Part shown: piece by piece, positions 9,387-17,590 of the stretch
Layout of the letters: the number at the start of each line of letters is the position of its first letter
Position numbering within the stretch: position 1 is the first letter of the stretch
NCBI GenBank assembly: GCA_016178585.1
Contig: JACOTA010000018.1
Location: forward strand, 34,442-98,441
Length of the DNA stretch: 64,000 bases
Direction of reading: 5' to 3'
DNA from: Nitrospirota bacterium
Lineage (GTDB): Bacteria; Nitrospirota; Nitrospiria; JACQBW01
Notes under the pieces: generated by a model
What the model was told of the DNA's origin: nothing
Seen by the model: only the letters and a program-made list of their open reading frames with translations
The model's database searches: none
Translations under genes and position numbers: made by a program

Positions 9387-10277
9387 ATGGACCTGGCACA
9401 TAAAGAATATCTGGAGGTTTCCGTCGAAGTTGACCTTAATTTTCAGGAAACCCTTTCTTCATATCTTATTGAAAGAGGTGCCTCGGGAACCTGGGTCGAT
9501 GAGAGGAAGGTCAAGGCATATTTTAATCCTTTGGTTTTTTCTCTCTCACAGGTGGAAAAACAAATCGCCATATTTTTCCTCGAATTCCGTCGGGAAGGGG
9601 TTAAGGTTGAGTCTGGAGCTGTTGTCGTCCAAACACATCCCTATGAAGACTGGAACGCCGAATGGAAAAAGTTTTTTAAACCGATCAATGTCACTCCCCG
9701 TTTAACCATTTCCCCCCCCTGGGAGTCATATACCCCAAAAACGAATGAGGAAAAGGTTATTCTCATCGATCCCGGCCTGGGTTTTGGAACCGGGACCCAT
9801 CCGACCACCCGGAACTGCCTGGTCTTTCTCGACCGGATTCTCTCCGCGCATCCTGATCCTGTTCAACTGAAAGTGTTGGACCTGGGATCCGGTTCGGGTA
9901 TTCTGGCAATTGCCGCCGCTCGTTTAGGAGCCGGCTATATTGTGGCGGCGGATATCGACGGCGACGCCGTAGAGTCGATGCGGAATTCTTTCCTTTTAAA
10001 TCAGGTCCATCGCCATATCCGAATAAGGCTGGGGTCTATTTTTCAGGCAGATCGAAACGCGTATGACTTAATCCTGGCCAATTTAACGGCGGAAGATTTA
10101 ATCCTCGTAAGCCGTGAGCTTCAGGGCGCGCTTCTTCCGGAGGGCGGGCTCATTCTTTCGGGTATTCTGGCGGAAAAAAAAGAAAAGCTTGAAAAAACCC
10201 TGCACGAGTTGATGCTTAAAAAGAGGGACGAAATTGTGGAAGGACCCTGGGTAACCCAGATGTGGCAGAACGCTTGA
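9387..10277 (+). CDS. prmA: Ribosomal protein L11 methyltransferase
   Basis: LIDPGLGFGTGTHPTTRNCL...VLDLGSGSGILAIAA...AADIDGDAV; typical PrmA length. Confidence 0.85.
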   Translation: MDLAHKEYLEVSVEVDLNFQETLSSYLIERGASGTWVDERKVKAYFNPLVFSLSQVEKQIAIFFLEFRREGVKVESGAVVVQTHPYEDWNAEWKKFFKPINVTPRLTISPPWESYTPKTNEEKVILIDPGLGFGTGTHPTTRNCLVFLDRILSAHPDPVQLKVLDLGSGSGILAIAAARLGAGYIVAADIDGDAVESMRNSFLLNQVHRHIRIRLGSIFQADRNAYDLILANLTAEDLILVSRELQGALLPEGGLILSGILAEKKEKLEKTLHELMLKKRDEIVEGPWVTQMWQNA

Positions 10278-10302
10278 GTATCATATACAATGAAATATAT
10301 TA

Positions 10303-10330
10303 CGTAGGGGCAGGTCTCCGTGCCTGCCCT
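10303..10330 (+). repeat. REP element (one mismatch: GGTCTCCG)
   Basis: TACGTAGGGGCAGGTCTCCGTGCCTGCCCT. Confidence 0.8.
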
Positions 10331-10365
10331 GCAATAGAAAGGAATGTTGTAATGAATCAAAAAGG

Positions 10366-10887
10366 ATGGATATGACTAAAAAAAAGCCGTTGGTTGCGAT
10401 TTTAATGGGAAGTCCCAATGACCTGCCCGTTATGGAAGAGGCCGCTAAAATGTTGAGCCAGTTTAACGTTCCCTATGATCTGATGGTCACCTCCGCCCAC
10501 CGTTCTCCCGAACGGACGCATCACGTTGTAAAATCAGCAAACGAGAACGGAGTCGAAGTCTTTATCGTCGGGGCGGGCGGGGCGGCCCATCTGGCCGGCG
10601 TCGTCGCTTCTTTGACCACGTTACCCGTGGTCGGTGTTCCAATCGATTCTTCCTCCCTTCAGGGAATGGATGCCCTCTTATCGACCGTCCAGATGCCGGG
10701 AGGGGTTCCGGTGGCGGCCATGGCGATTGGAAAAGCGGGAGCTAAAAACGCGGGAATTTTTGCCGCGCAAGTTCTGGCCAGAAAATATCCGGAGCTGGAA
10801 AAAAAACTGGCTCAATATAAAGAGGATATGGCCAGGGAAGTGGAACAAAAAGCCAAAATTCTTCATGACAGAAATCGTAAAAATTAA
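10366..10887 (+). CDS. purE: N5-carboxyaminoimidazole ribonucleotide mutase
   Basis: VAILMGS.ND...SAHR.P......GVEVFIVGAGGAAHLAG...T..PVVGVP; ~170 aa. Confidence 0.9.
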   Translation: MDMTKKKPLVAILMGSPNDLPVMEEAAKMLSQFNVPYDLMVTSAHRSPERTHHVVKSANENGVEVFIVGAGGAAHLAGVVASLTTLPVVGVPIDSSSLQGMDALLSTVQMPGGVPVAAMAIGKAGAKNAGIFAAQVLARKYPELEKKLAQYKEDMAREVEQKAKILHDRNRKN

Positions 10888-11479
10888 TCGGGAGGACCCC
10901 GATCCTGTTTTAAAGGAGGCCGCGCTCCGGGTCAAGGAAGGCAAAATAATCGTTTTTCCAACTGACACGCTTTACGGGATCGGCGTGGACATTTACAATG
11001 ATAGAGCAATCGATAGGGTTTTCTTGATCAAAAAAAGGGACAGCGGGAGCCCCATTTTAATACTGATCGAAAAGCCTTCTGATCTATTTCCTCTTGTTAA
11101 AAAGGTTCCCCCCGCGGGGCGAGAGCTTATCGACCGGTTCTGGCCGGGACCGCTGACGTTAATCTTCGACGCTTCGGAAAGTCTTTCCCCGCGACTGACC
11201 GGAAATACCGGAAAAATAGGAATCCGATGCCCCGATTCCAGGCTTGTCCAGCGTCTCCTCTCTTTTTTAAAAAGCCCGATTACCGCCACCAGCGCCAATC
11301 GGTCTCATGAACCTCCCTGTCAAAACGCTTCGGAAGCCGAAAAATATTTTGGGAACCAGGTCGATTTAATCCTGGATGGAGGAACTCTGGTTTCCGAACC
11401 CTCTACCGTGGCCGACGTGACCGGAGGGACCATCAAGATCATCAGGCAGGGCAAGATAAAAATAGAAAATCATACGTAG
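10865..11479 (+). CDS. tsaC: L-threonylcarbamoyladenylate synthase (Sua5/YrdC/TsaC family)
   Basis: GKIIVFPTDTLYGIGVD...ILILIE...GPLTLIF; the 281-aa track ORF begins inside purE, so the start is trimmed to ATG 10865. Confidence 0.8.
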   Translation: MTEIVKINREDPDPVLKEAALRVKEGKIIVFPTDTLYGIGVDIYNDRAIDRVFLIKKRDSGSPILILIEKPSDLFPLVKKVPPAGRELIDRFWPGPLTLIFDASESLSPRLTGNTGKIGIRCPDSRLVQRLLSFLKSPITATSANRSHEPPCQNASEAEKYFGNQVDLILDGGTLVSEPSTVADVTGGTIKIIRQGKIKIENHT

Positions 11480-11502
11480 GGGCAGGTCCCCGTGCCTGCC
11501 CT
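11474..11502 (+). repeat. REP element
   Basis: ACGTAGGGGCAGGTCCCCGTGCCTGCCCTTG. Confidence 0.85.
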
Positions 11503-11541
11503 TGTGTCGAAGCAGGATGTGCCTGCCCGATAAGGATAAAT

Positions 11542-13044
11542 TTGAAAATCAGGTTAACTTTAACGTCAAAATTAGTTCTCATCATGCTGTTTTTATCCTT
11601 TTTATCGCTGGGAGCGTCGTTTTATCTTTATGCCCGCACGGAACAGGCGCTGGTAAAAGAAATGGAAGATCATATCAACGAGTTGTCAAACGCCATTTCA
11701 GTGAGCGTGGAAGAACTGACCAGCCCGGAACGGACGACGGAGAAGCGGCTGCAGGATTACGTCAAGCGGCTCGAAAAAAGGGGTGTAAAGGAAATATCGA
11801 TTGTCAGCAACGAAAAAGAGGTCATTGCCAGTTCAAATCCAAAACGGGTGGGGGCAAAAATTGATCCCAAACGAAAGGATTTGTTGATTACCGCGAAACT
11901 GGGAGATCAGCTTCCTTCTCCCACTCAGAAGGCCTATAATCTTCTTGTCCCGATCGTGGTTGAAGGCGAACAGCTGGGGTACGCTCATATCAGCATGGTT
12001 TTTGACGATTATGAAAAGCTGATTGAATCCCACTATTTGGACCGTCTGGTGGCAACCCTGATCGTCTTTTCAGTCGGGATCATGGTTTCGATTTTTCTCT
12101 CGTGGCGCTACACCCGGCCTATTTATCAAATCATGGGAGCCGCGAAAAAAGTCGCCAGGGGCGATTTAAGCCAGACGATCCCTGTCAGAAAAGGGGATGA
12201 CGAAATCAACCAGTTAACGCACAGTTTTAACGAAATGATTGAAAAATTACGGCAGAACAGGGTCCTCGAAGAGAGGCTTCGTGAAACCGAACATTTGACG
12301 GCGCTGGGGCAATTCGCATCGGGGATCGCGCATGAGATTCGGAATCCGCTTAACTTTATTTCCCTGAGTATTGATCATCTCAAAGAAAAAATCGGTCATG
12401 CCTCTCCGGAAGAACAAAAAAAAATGGGCGACCTGATGACCAGCATCAAATCCGAAACCTTTCGTCTCAACCATATGGTCGAAAACTTTTTAAAATACGG
12501 CCGTCCATTAAAACTCGATATCAAACAGGTGAATCTGAACCTTTTGTTGAAAGAGGTGCTCAATTTAGCCAATCAAAAAGCGATTGAACAGGGAATCGAG
12601 ATCAGCTATGTTCCGGAGGACACCCCTTTGATTGACGGTGATGAAGAAAAAATTAAAACCTGCCTGATGAACGTCGTCGCGAATGGCCTTCAGGCAATGC
12701 CAACAGGTGGAACCCTGTCGATACGAATGACCGAACGACCTGAAGAGGTGATCCTCGAAATTACCGATACCGGTCAGGGGATTAGCCCGGAGAATTTAAA
12801 GAAAGTTTTCCAGCCCTATTTTACCACCAAACAACTTGGAATCGGCCTCGGGCTGGCCCTCACCAGACGCATTATTGAAGAACACCACGGCACAATAGAG
12901 ATCAGCTCAAGCCCTGAAAAAGGCACAAAAGTTTTAATGACGTTGCCATTGAATTACGAGATGGTTCCTGAAGCGGGAAGCGAGGAACTGGCTTGGCCAG
13001 GCCGAGCGAGGGGTTCGGGGGCATCGGAGGATTTTACGAAGTGA
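11542..13044 (+). CDS. Sensor histidine kinase (two TM helices flanking a periplasmic domain, HAMP, HisKA, HATPase_c)
   Basis: TM1 LVLIMLFLSFLSLG, TM2 LIVFSVGIMVSIFL; H-box SGIAHEIRNPLNFI; N/G-boxes NVVANGLQAM...DTGQGI...GLGL. Confidence 0.85.
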   Translation: MKIRLTLTSKLVLIMLFLSFLSLGASFYLYARTEQALVKEMEDHINELSNAISVSVEELTSPERTTEKRLQDYVKRLEKRGVKEISIVSNEKEVIASSNPKRVGAKIDPKRKDLLITAKLGDQLPSPTQKAYNLLVPIVVEGEQLGYAHISMVFDDYEKLIESHYLDRLVATLIVFSVGIMVSIFLSWRYTRPIYQIMGAAKKVARGDLSQTIPVRKGDDEINQLTHSFNEMIEKLRQNRVLEERLRETEHLTALGQFASGIAHEIRNPLNFISLSIDHLKEKIGHASPEEQKKMGDLMTSIKSETFRLNHMVENFLKYGRPLKLDIKQVNLNLLLKEVLNLANQKAIEQGIEISYVPEDTPLIDGDEEKIKTCLMNVVANGLQAMPTGGTLSIRMTERPEEVILEITDTGQGISPENLKKVFQPYFTTKQLGIGLGLALTRRIIEEHHGTIEISSSPEKGTKVLMTLPLNYEMVPEAGSEELAWPGRARGSGASEDFTK

Positions 13045-13067
13045 AACCGCACGGGTCCCTGAGTCGA

Positions 13068-14450
13068 ATGGCGAAAGGTGAGACGATTCTGGTCATCGAC
13101 GATGAAAAGCCTCAACGGGATATCCTGAAAATTATCCTGGAACAGGAAGGGTATAAGGTCGAGACGGCATCACACAGCCAGGAGGGTTTAAGAATTTATA
13201 AGAACGGAGAGGCCGATCTTGTTTTGACCGATTTAAAATTGCCCGATACGACGGAGTTAAGCGGCGTCGATGCTCTGTTCCGGATGAATCCGAATGCCTC
13301 CGTCATCATCATGACCGCGCACGGGACGATTGATTCCGCCGTAGAAGCGATGAAAAAAGGGGCGTTTGACTATCTGACTAAACCGCTCGATAAGACGGAG
13401 CTTCTCATTTCCATTCAAAGGGCGTTTGAGCGGATCCGTTTGTTAAGGGAAAACAAAAACCTCCGCCAGCAGTTGGGAGAAAAGTTTACGCTCCAGAATA
13501 TCATCGGAACGCACCCCGCCATGCAGGAGATATTCAAGATCGTTCAAAAGATCGCGGCCAGCAGCAGCACGATATTAATTTATGGGGAAAGCGGCACAGG
13601 CAAGGAATTGATCGCGAGGGCCATCCATTTTAACAGTACCCGGAAAAACGGGCCGTTCCGGGCCATTAATTGCGCGGCGATTCCCGAAAGCTTGATTGAA
13701 AATGAGCTGTTCGGCCACGAAAAGGGCTCTTTTACCGGCGCGGTCGGAAAAGAGATTGGTCTTTTTGAAGCGGCCGGCAAAGGGACCCTTTTCCTCGATG
13801 AAATCGGAGATTTGGGCCATCCGATCCAGGCCAAACTGCTTCGAGCTTTGCAGGAAAAGGAGATTAAGCGGATCGGTGGAAAAGAGGATGTCAAAATCGA
13901 TGTTCGCGTGATTGCCGCGACCAACAAGAATCTCCCCCAGGAAATTAAAAAAGGGGCCTTCCGGGAGGATCTTTTTTACCGGCTCAATATTATTTCGATC
14001 CATCTGCCCCCCTTAAGAGAGCGGGGTTCGGATATTCCAAAACTGGTCGAACATTTCCTCAAAAAGTTCAACAAGCAGACGGGAAAGAATATTAAAAGCC
14101 TCTCGAAGGAAGCGTTTCAAACGCTCCTGAATTATTCATGGCCCGGAAATGTAAGACAGCTGGAGGGTGTCATGGAAAGAACCATTCTCTTATGTGATTC
14201 GGAAGTCATCGGGCTCGAAGACCTTCCCCTTGAAATCAGAAGGGCCGGCCATCCCTTAAGTGAAATTGATTTTGATCTTCCTCCGGAAGGGTTTTCAATG
14301 GAAGCGTTTGAAAAACAGCTCCTGATTAAAGCGATGGAGAAAAGTGACTGGGTTATCGCGAAAGCCGCAAAAATGCTCGGACTTTCGTATAAGACCCTGC
14401 AGTACCGGCTGGACAAGTTCGATCTTAAGAAAAACGGTCGTGAGGAGTGA
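13068..14450 (+). CDS. Sigma-54-dependent response regulator (REC + AAA+ sigma54-interaction + Fis-type HTH; NtrC/ZraR/AtoC class)
   Basis: REC: ILVIDDE...DLVLTDLKLP; Walker A GESGTGKE, GAFTGA motif (SFTGA), ELFGHEKGSFTGA; C-terminal HTH AAKMLGLSYKTLQYRL. Confidence 0.9.
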   Translation: MAKGETILVIDDEKPQRDILKIILEQEGYKVETASHSQEGLRIYKNGEADLVLTDLKLPDTTELSGVDALFRMNPNASVIIMTAHGTIDSAVEAMKKGAFDYLTKPLDKTELLISIQRAFERIRLLRENKNLRQQLGEKFTLQNIIGTHPAMQEIFKIVQKIAASSSTILIYGESGTGKELIARAIHFNSTRKNGPFRAINCAAIPESLIENELFGHEKGSFTGAVGKEIGLFEAAGKGTLFLDEIGDLGHPIQAKLLRALQEKEIKRIGGKEDVKIDVRVIAATNKNLPQEIKKGAFREDLFYRLNIISIHLPPLRERGSDIPKLVEHFLKKFNKQTGKNIKSLSKEAFQTLLNYSWPGNVRQLEGVMERTILLCDSEVIGLEDLPLEIRRAGHPLSEIDFDLPPEGFSMEAFEKQLLIKAMEKSDWVIAKAAKMLGLSYKTLQYRLDKFDLKKNGREE

Positions 14451-14451
14451 C

Positions 14452-14578
14452 TCAAGAGAGATAGACGGCGCATTCATTTATTGATCATGTCATTGCGAGC
14501 ACCGAAGGGTGCGTGGCAATCTTACCGTAAAGTTTTGAGATTGCTTCACTTTGTTCGCAATGACAACTTTCTATCTCT
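14452..14578. mobile_element. MITE (variant with GCACCGAAGGGTGCGTGGCAATCTTACCG core), degenerate left TIR, right TIR CTATCTCTTGGG
   Basis: Near-identical to the copies at 33113 and (inverse) 19145/54107. Confidence 0.8.
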
Positions 14579-14729
14579 TGGGTGTGATTCCTTACAATTT
14601 TTTAAACATACCTTATTTAGGGTATAAACTACCTTATAACAGGTGTTCATAAGGACATGGCTAAGGGTTTTATTTTTATAACTATTTGAAAAATATAATA
14701 AAATTATTTTTACGATCTATTTTTTTTAA

Positions 14730-14745
14730 TGGTATTATTATTGCA
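14730..14745 (+). promoter_or_regulatory. Sigma-54 (-24/-12) promoter TGGTATTATTATTGCA, upstream of the 14801 gene
   Basis: GG at 14731-32 and GC at 14743-44 with exact 10-nt spacing (consensus TGGCAC-N5-TTGCA); AT-rich context; CCTTAT / CCTTAT / ATAAGG half-sites at 14611, 14632, 14649, about 80-120 bp upstream. Confidence 0.6.
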
Positions 14746-14800
14746 CTCATACTACTTCGAGTTTAACTAATAAAATAAACCTGGAAGGGGGTGAAAATAA

Positions 14801-15031
14801 ATGAAAAAAATCTACTCTTTGGTTATTGCCATGATGATGTTGGTTGCTTTCGGTACAGTGACCTTTGCCGCTGACGCCGCTGCTCCAGCTGCTCCGGCCG
14901 CATCAGAAACTCCTAAGGCTGAAGCTTCTTCAAAAACTGTAAAGAAAATGAAGAAGAAAAAAGCCCAAAAAAAAGCTAAAAAAGAAGAAAAGAAAGAAGA
15001 AATGAAAGAAGCTGCGCCAGCGGCGAAATAG
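14801..15031 (+). CDS. Small secreted protein (76 aa): signal peptide + Ala/Pro linker + highly lysine-rich C-terminal tail
   Basis: Strong RBS GGAAGGGGGTGAAAATAAATG; signal peptide MKKIYSLVIAMMMLVAFGTVTFA; tail KKMKKKKAQKKAKKEEKKEEMKE; sigma54 promoter upstream; terminator downstream. Confidence 0.55.
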   Translation: MKKIYSLVIAMMMLVAFGTVTFAADAAAPAAPAASETPKAEASSKTVKKMKKKKAQKKAKKEEKKEEMKEAAPAAK

Positions 15032-15039
15032 TTTTTTTG

Positions 15040-15133
15040 ACGGACTTTGGAATGGTCGTCCTTAGACCGTGACGGACTTTGGAATGGTCGTCCTTAGACC
15101 GTGACGGACTTTGGAATGGTCGTCCTTAGACCG
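15040..15133 (+). repeat. Three tandem direct copies of a 32-bp unit GACGGACTTTGGAATGGTCGTCCTTAGACCGT
   Basis: Read directly; copies abut with no spacers. Confidence 0.9.
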
Positions 15134-15160
15134 GAATGATCAAAATACAGCTTACAGCAA

Positions 15161-15193
15161 AAAAGCACGGTATCTTTACCGTGCTTTTTTTTT
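15161..15193 (+). terminator. Rho-independent terminator (GCACGGTA-TCTTT-ACCGTGC + T9)
   Basis: Perfect 8-bp stem followed by a T-run. Confidence 0.8.
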
Positions 15194-15243
15194 GACGTTG
15201 ATAAATAAATTTCTTTATGACAAAATCTAAAATAAATTATTTT

Positions 15244-15285
15244 ATGGTCTCGTAAAAAGTCGTCATTCCCGCGAAAGCGGGAATC
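15244..15285. repeat. Small repeat family D (ATGGTCTCGTAAAAAGTCGTCATTCCCGC-GAAA-GCGGGAAT hairpin)
   Basis: Second copy at 58321-58390. Confidence 0.7.
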
Positions 15286-15307
15286 TATAGCAAACGTAAT
15301 AAGTAAT

Positions 15308-15394
15308 GTGTCATTGCGAGGAGCGGAGCGACGAAGCAATCCCTTTTTTATGTCAGCTAAGCAACGAGATTGCTTCACTTCGTTCGCAATGACG
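15308..15394. mobile_element. MITE family A element
   Basis: TGTCATTGCGAGGAGCGGAGCGACGAAGCAATCC ... GAGATTGCTTCACTTCGTTCGCAATGACGA. Confidence 0.8.
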
Positions 15395-15426
15395 ACCTTT
15401 AACATGATAAGCTGTCCCTTTTTTCG

Positions 15427-15488
15427 GTCTAACTACGACCATTCCAAAGTCCGTCACGGTCTAAGGACGACCATTCCAAAGTCCGTCA
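15427..15488 (-). repeat. Two inverted copies (one degenerate) of the 32-bp unit found at 15040-15133
   Basis: ACGGTCTAAGGACGACCATTCCAAAGTCCGTC is the reverse complement of the unit. Confidence 0.85.
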
Positions 15489-15546
15489 CAGACTTTTTAA
15501 GAGACCATCATTTAAGAATCGAATATAAATAAGAAAGGTCATTTAA

Positions 15547-15876
15547 ATGAGAAAATCATCGTTCTTTTTAGTTTTATTGTTAGTCGTATTTCTTCCCTTA
15601 ATATCGGGTTGTGAATCGAAAAAGTTAAAAGAAGAAAATACAAAGCTCAAACAGCAGTTTGAAAAAATGACCGAAGAAAACAAGTCGCTTCTCAATGAAG
15701 TGGATCAATTTAAAAAAGAAAACGAACAAATCAAGGAGAAAACCGCTTCTCTTCAGAATGAAAATAGTTCTCTTAAAAAGCAGATTGAATCTCTTAAGAA
15801 AAAACCTGTAAAAAAACCGGTAAAAAAGGCGCCGGCAAAGAAGAAGAAAACAAAAAAAGGAAAACACCCGGCTTAG
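15547..15876 (+). CDS. Coiled-coil lipoprotein (109 aa) with a Lys/Pro-rich C-terminal tail
   Basis: Lipobox LPLISGCES; heptad-like KLKQQFEKMTEENKSLLNEVDQFKKENEQIKEK; tail KKKPVKKPVKKAPAKKKKTKKGK. Confidence 0.55.
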   Translation: MRKSSFFLVLLLVVFLPLISGCESKKLKEENTKLKQQFEKMTEENKSLLNEVDQFKKENEQIKEKTASLQNENSSLKKQIESLKKKPVKKPVKKAPAKKKKTKKGKHPA

Positions 15877-15886
15877 GACCCTGCGC

Positions 15887-16753
15887 GTGATTAACCTTTT
15901 TCTTTCACTCATCCTGTTTTCAGCCGTTTCCTCTGGAGCTTTTTTTTTCTGCATTAAAGCTCTCCCTTTTTATCAAAAATACCGAATGAAAGTTATAACC
16001 GAAACGGTTTCTTCTCTAGATGAACAGTTTTTGTTTCTTACCGAAAGTCAGGCGGCGGTTATTTATACCCTTTCTACCATTGGGTTTCTTTTTTTAGGTT
16101 TTTTTTTGGGAGTGAGTCTTTCATGGAGAGCCGGATTACTGGGCGCCCTCTTTTTTGGGATAGGGGGCTATCACCTGCCTAAAAAAGTCATTCGCGCTAT
16201 TTCCCAAAAAAGATTAAAGGAAATAGAACGGCAAATTCCAGATTTTCTTAAAATGATTTTGGGTGCGCTTCGCGCCGGGTTAAGCGTATCGGAGGCGATG
16301 AAAAAGGCTGTGCAGGAGATTCCGCCGCCTCTTTCGCAGGAGCTTGGTCTGGTATTAAAGAAAATTAAAATGGGAGAGAGTTTTGAAGAGAGTTTTAAAT
16401 ATTTGGACCGCCGGCTGAATTTGGAAGAGATCAGCCTGGTGGTGTCAGCTATTATTCTTTCAAATGAAGCGGGAGGATCATTAACCTCTGTTTTGGAACG
16501 GTTGGAGCGGACTATCGAGGAAAGAAAACGGTTAAAAGGAAAAATTGACGCCTTGACCGCGCAGGGGAAAATGCAGGGGTGGGTGGTCGGATGTCTCCCG
16601 TTTTTGTTAGGGGTTGTCCTGTTTCTCATTGACCCCGGGCTAATGACCCCCTTTTGGACCAGCCTGTCCGGAGGGATCGGACTTTTTGCGATTCTTCTGC
16701 TGGAAATGTCCGGATTTTTCCTGATAAAAAGAATTGTTCAGGGGGAGGCTTAA
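15887..16753 (+). CDS. tadB: Tad/Flp-pilus-type secretion platform protein TadB (T2SS-F domain)
   Basis: LRAGLSVSEAM...GGSLTSVLERLERTIEERKRLKGKIDALTAQGKMQGWVVGCLP; three or more TM segments. Confidence 0.7.
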   Translation: MINLFLSLILFSAVSSGAFFFCIKALPFYQKYRMKVITETVSSLDEQFLFLTESQAAVIYTLSTIGFLFLGFFLGVSLSWRAGLLGALFFGIGGYHLPKKVIRAISQKRLKEIERQIPDFLKMILGALRAGLSVSEAMKKAVQEIPPPLSQELGLVLKKIKMGESFEESFKYLDRRLNLEEISLVVSAIILSNEAGGSLTSVLERLERTIEERKRLKGKIDALTAQGKMQGWVVGCLPFLLGVVLFLIDPGLMTPFWTSLSGGIGLFAILLLEMSGFFLIKRIVQGEA

Positions 16754-16756
16754 ATC

Positions 16757-17590
16757 GTGTTGCCCCTTCTCCTTGATTTTTTAATTTTTATCTCCGTCGC
16801 CTGGCTGACCAATCATTTGTTTCAAGCTCAATTCAAATTTAACCTGGAGCGGATTAAAACATCCCGATTTTATTCATGGGATCCTTTTCCTCAAGTCACC
16901 CCTTATCTCGCCTATCTCCGGCGAAAGATGACGACCGCCCGATGGCGATTTGAGCCGCGGGAGTTTATATGGATTCAAGTCATCAGCGGGACTGGATTGA
17001 TAATGGCGGGAAATTTAAGCCTGGTTCTTTTATCCGGGAGCTGGCCTGATTGGAGCGGGGTTTTGTTTTACGTTTTAATCTTTTTTGGTCTGGGATTCAT
17101 TTTTCCTGTTGTGAAGTTAAACACCGCCGTTCGGTCCCGGCAAAAAAACATGGTCAGGGATTTTTCCTTTTATCTCGATTTGATGGTGCTGGGGGTGGAA
17201 GCAGGGCTCGATTATTCAGCTGTTTTACAGAAAATTCTTCAAAACTCAAAACAAGGCCCTTTAAAGGAAGAGTTGGAAACGATGCTTCAACAGGTTCAGA
17301 TGGGTAAAAGCCGTTCTGAAGCGTGGAGGGAATTTTCCGGCCGAATCGACCTTCCGGAGATTCATTCGGTGATCCTGGCATTTATTCAAACCGATCAAAC
17401 CGGAAGCCCGTTGACCAAAACCCTCCGTCAATTGTCGGATGAAATGAAAACCACCCGGTTTCAACTGGCTGAAAAACGGGCCTACCAGATGCCGGTGAAA
17501 ATGTTAATCCCTCTTCTCGGTTGTATCTTTCCCGCGGTTTTTATCCTCCTGTTTGAACCGTTGGTCTTGCGCTTTCTGCGGCTCTTGTAA
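16757..17590 (+). CDS. tadC: Tad/Flp-pilus-type secretion platform protein TadC (T2SS-F domain)
   Basis: GLDYSAVLQKI...QTGSPLTKTLRQLSDEMKTTRFQLAEKRAYQMPVKMLIPL; follows tadB with a 4-nt gap. Confidence 0.7.
   Translation: MLPLLLDFLIFISVAWLTNHLFQAQFKFNLERIKTSRFYSWDPFPQVTPYLAYLRRKMTTARWRFEPREFIWIQVISGTGLIMAGNLSLVLLSGSWPDWSGVLFYVLIFFGLGFIFPVVKLNTAVRSRQKNMVRDFSFYLDLMVLGVEAGLDYSAVLQKILQNSKQGPLKEELETMLQQVQMGKSRSEAWREFSGRIDLPEIHSVILAFIQTDQTGSPLTKTLRQLSDEMKTTRFQLAEKRAYQMPVKMLIPLLGCIFPAVFILLFEPLVLRFLRLL

Noticed and set aside
10634-10864. 77-codon N-terminal extension of the tsaC-like ORF overlapping purE in another frame
   Set aside because: It is Arg/Trp-rich and unlike Sua5/YrdC N-termini. The conserved domain begins at the ATG at 10865.
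11502-11864. 120-aa Arg/Lys/Gly-rich ORF
   Set aside because: It overlaps the kinase N-terminus out of frame with no domain signal. The kinase frame has TM helices consistent with sensor topology.
15040-15133. Possible CRISPR array (three 32-bp direct repeats)
   Set aside because: Repeats are contiguous with no spacers, there are only three copies, and inverted copies lie 300 bp away. There are no cas genes in the window.
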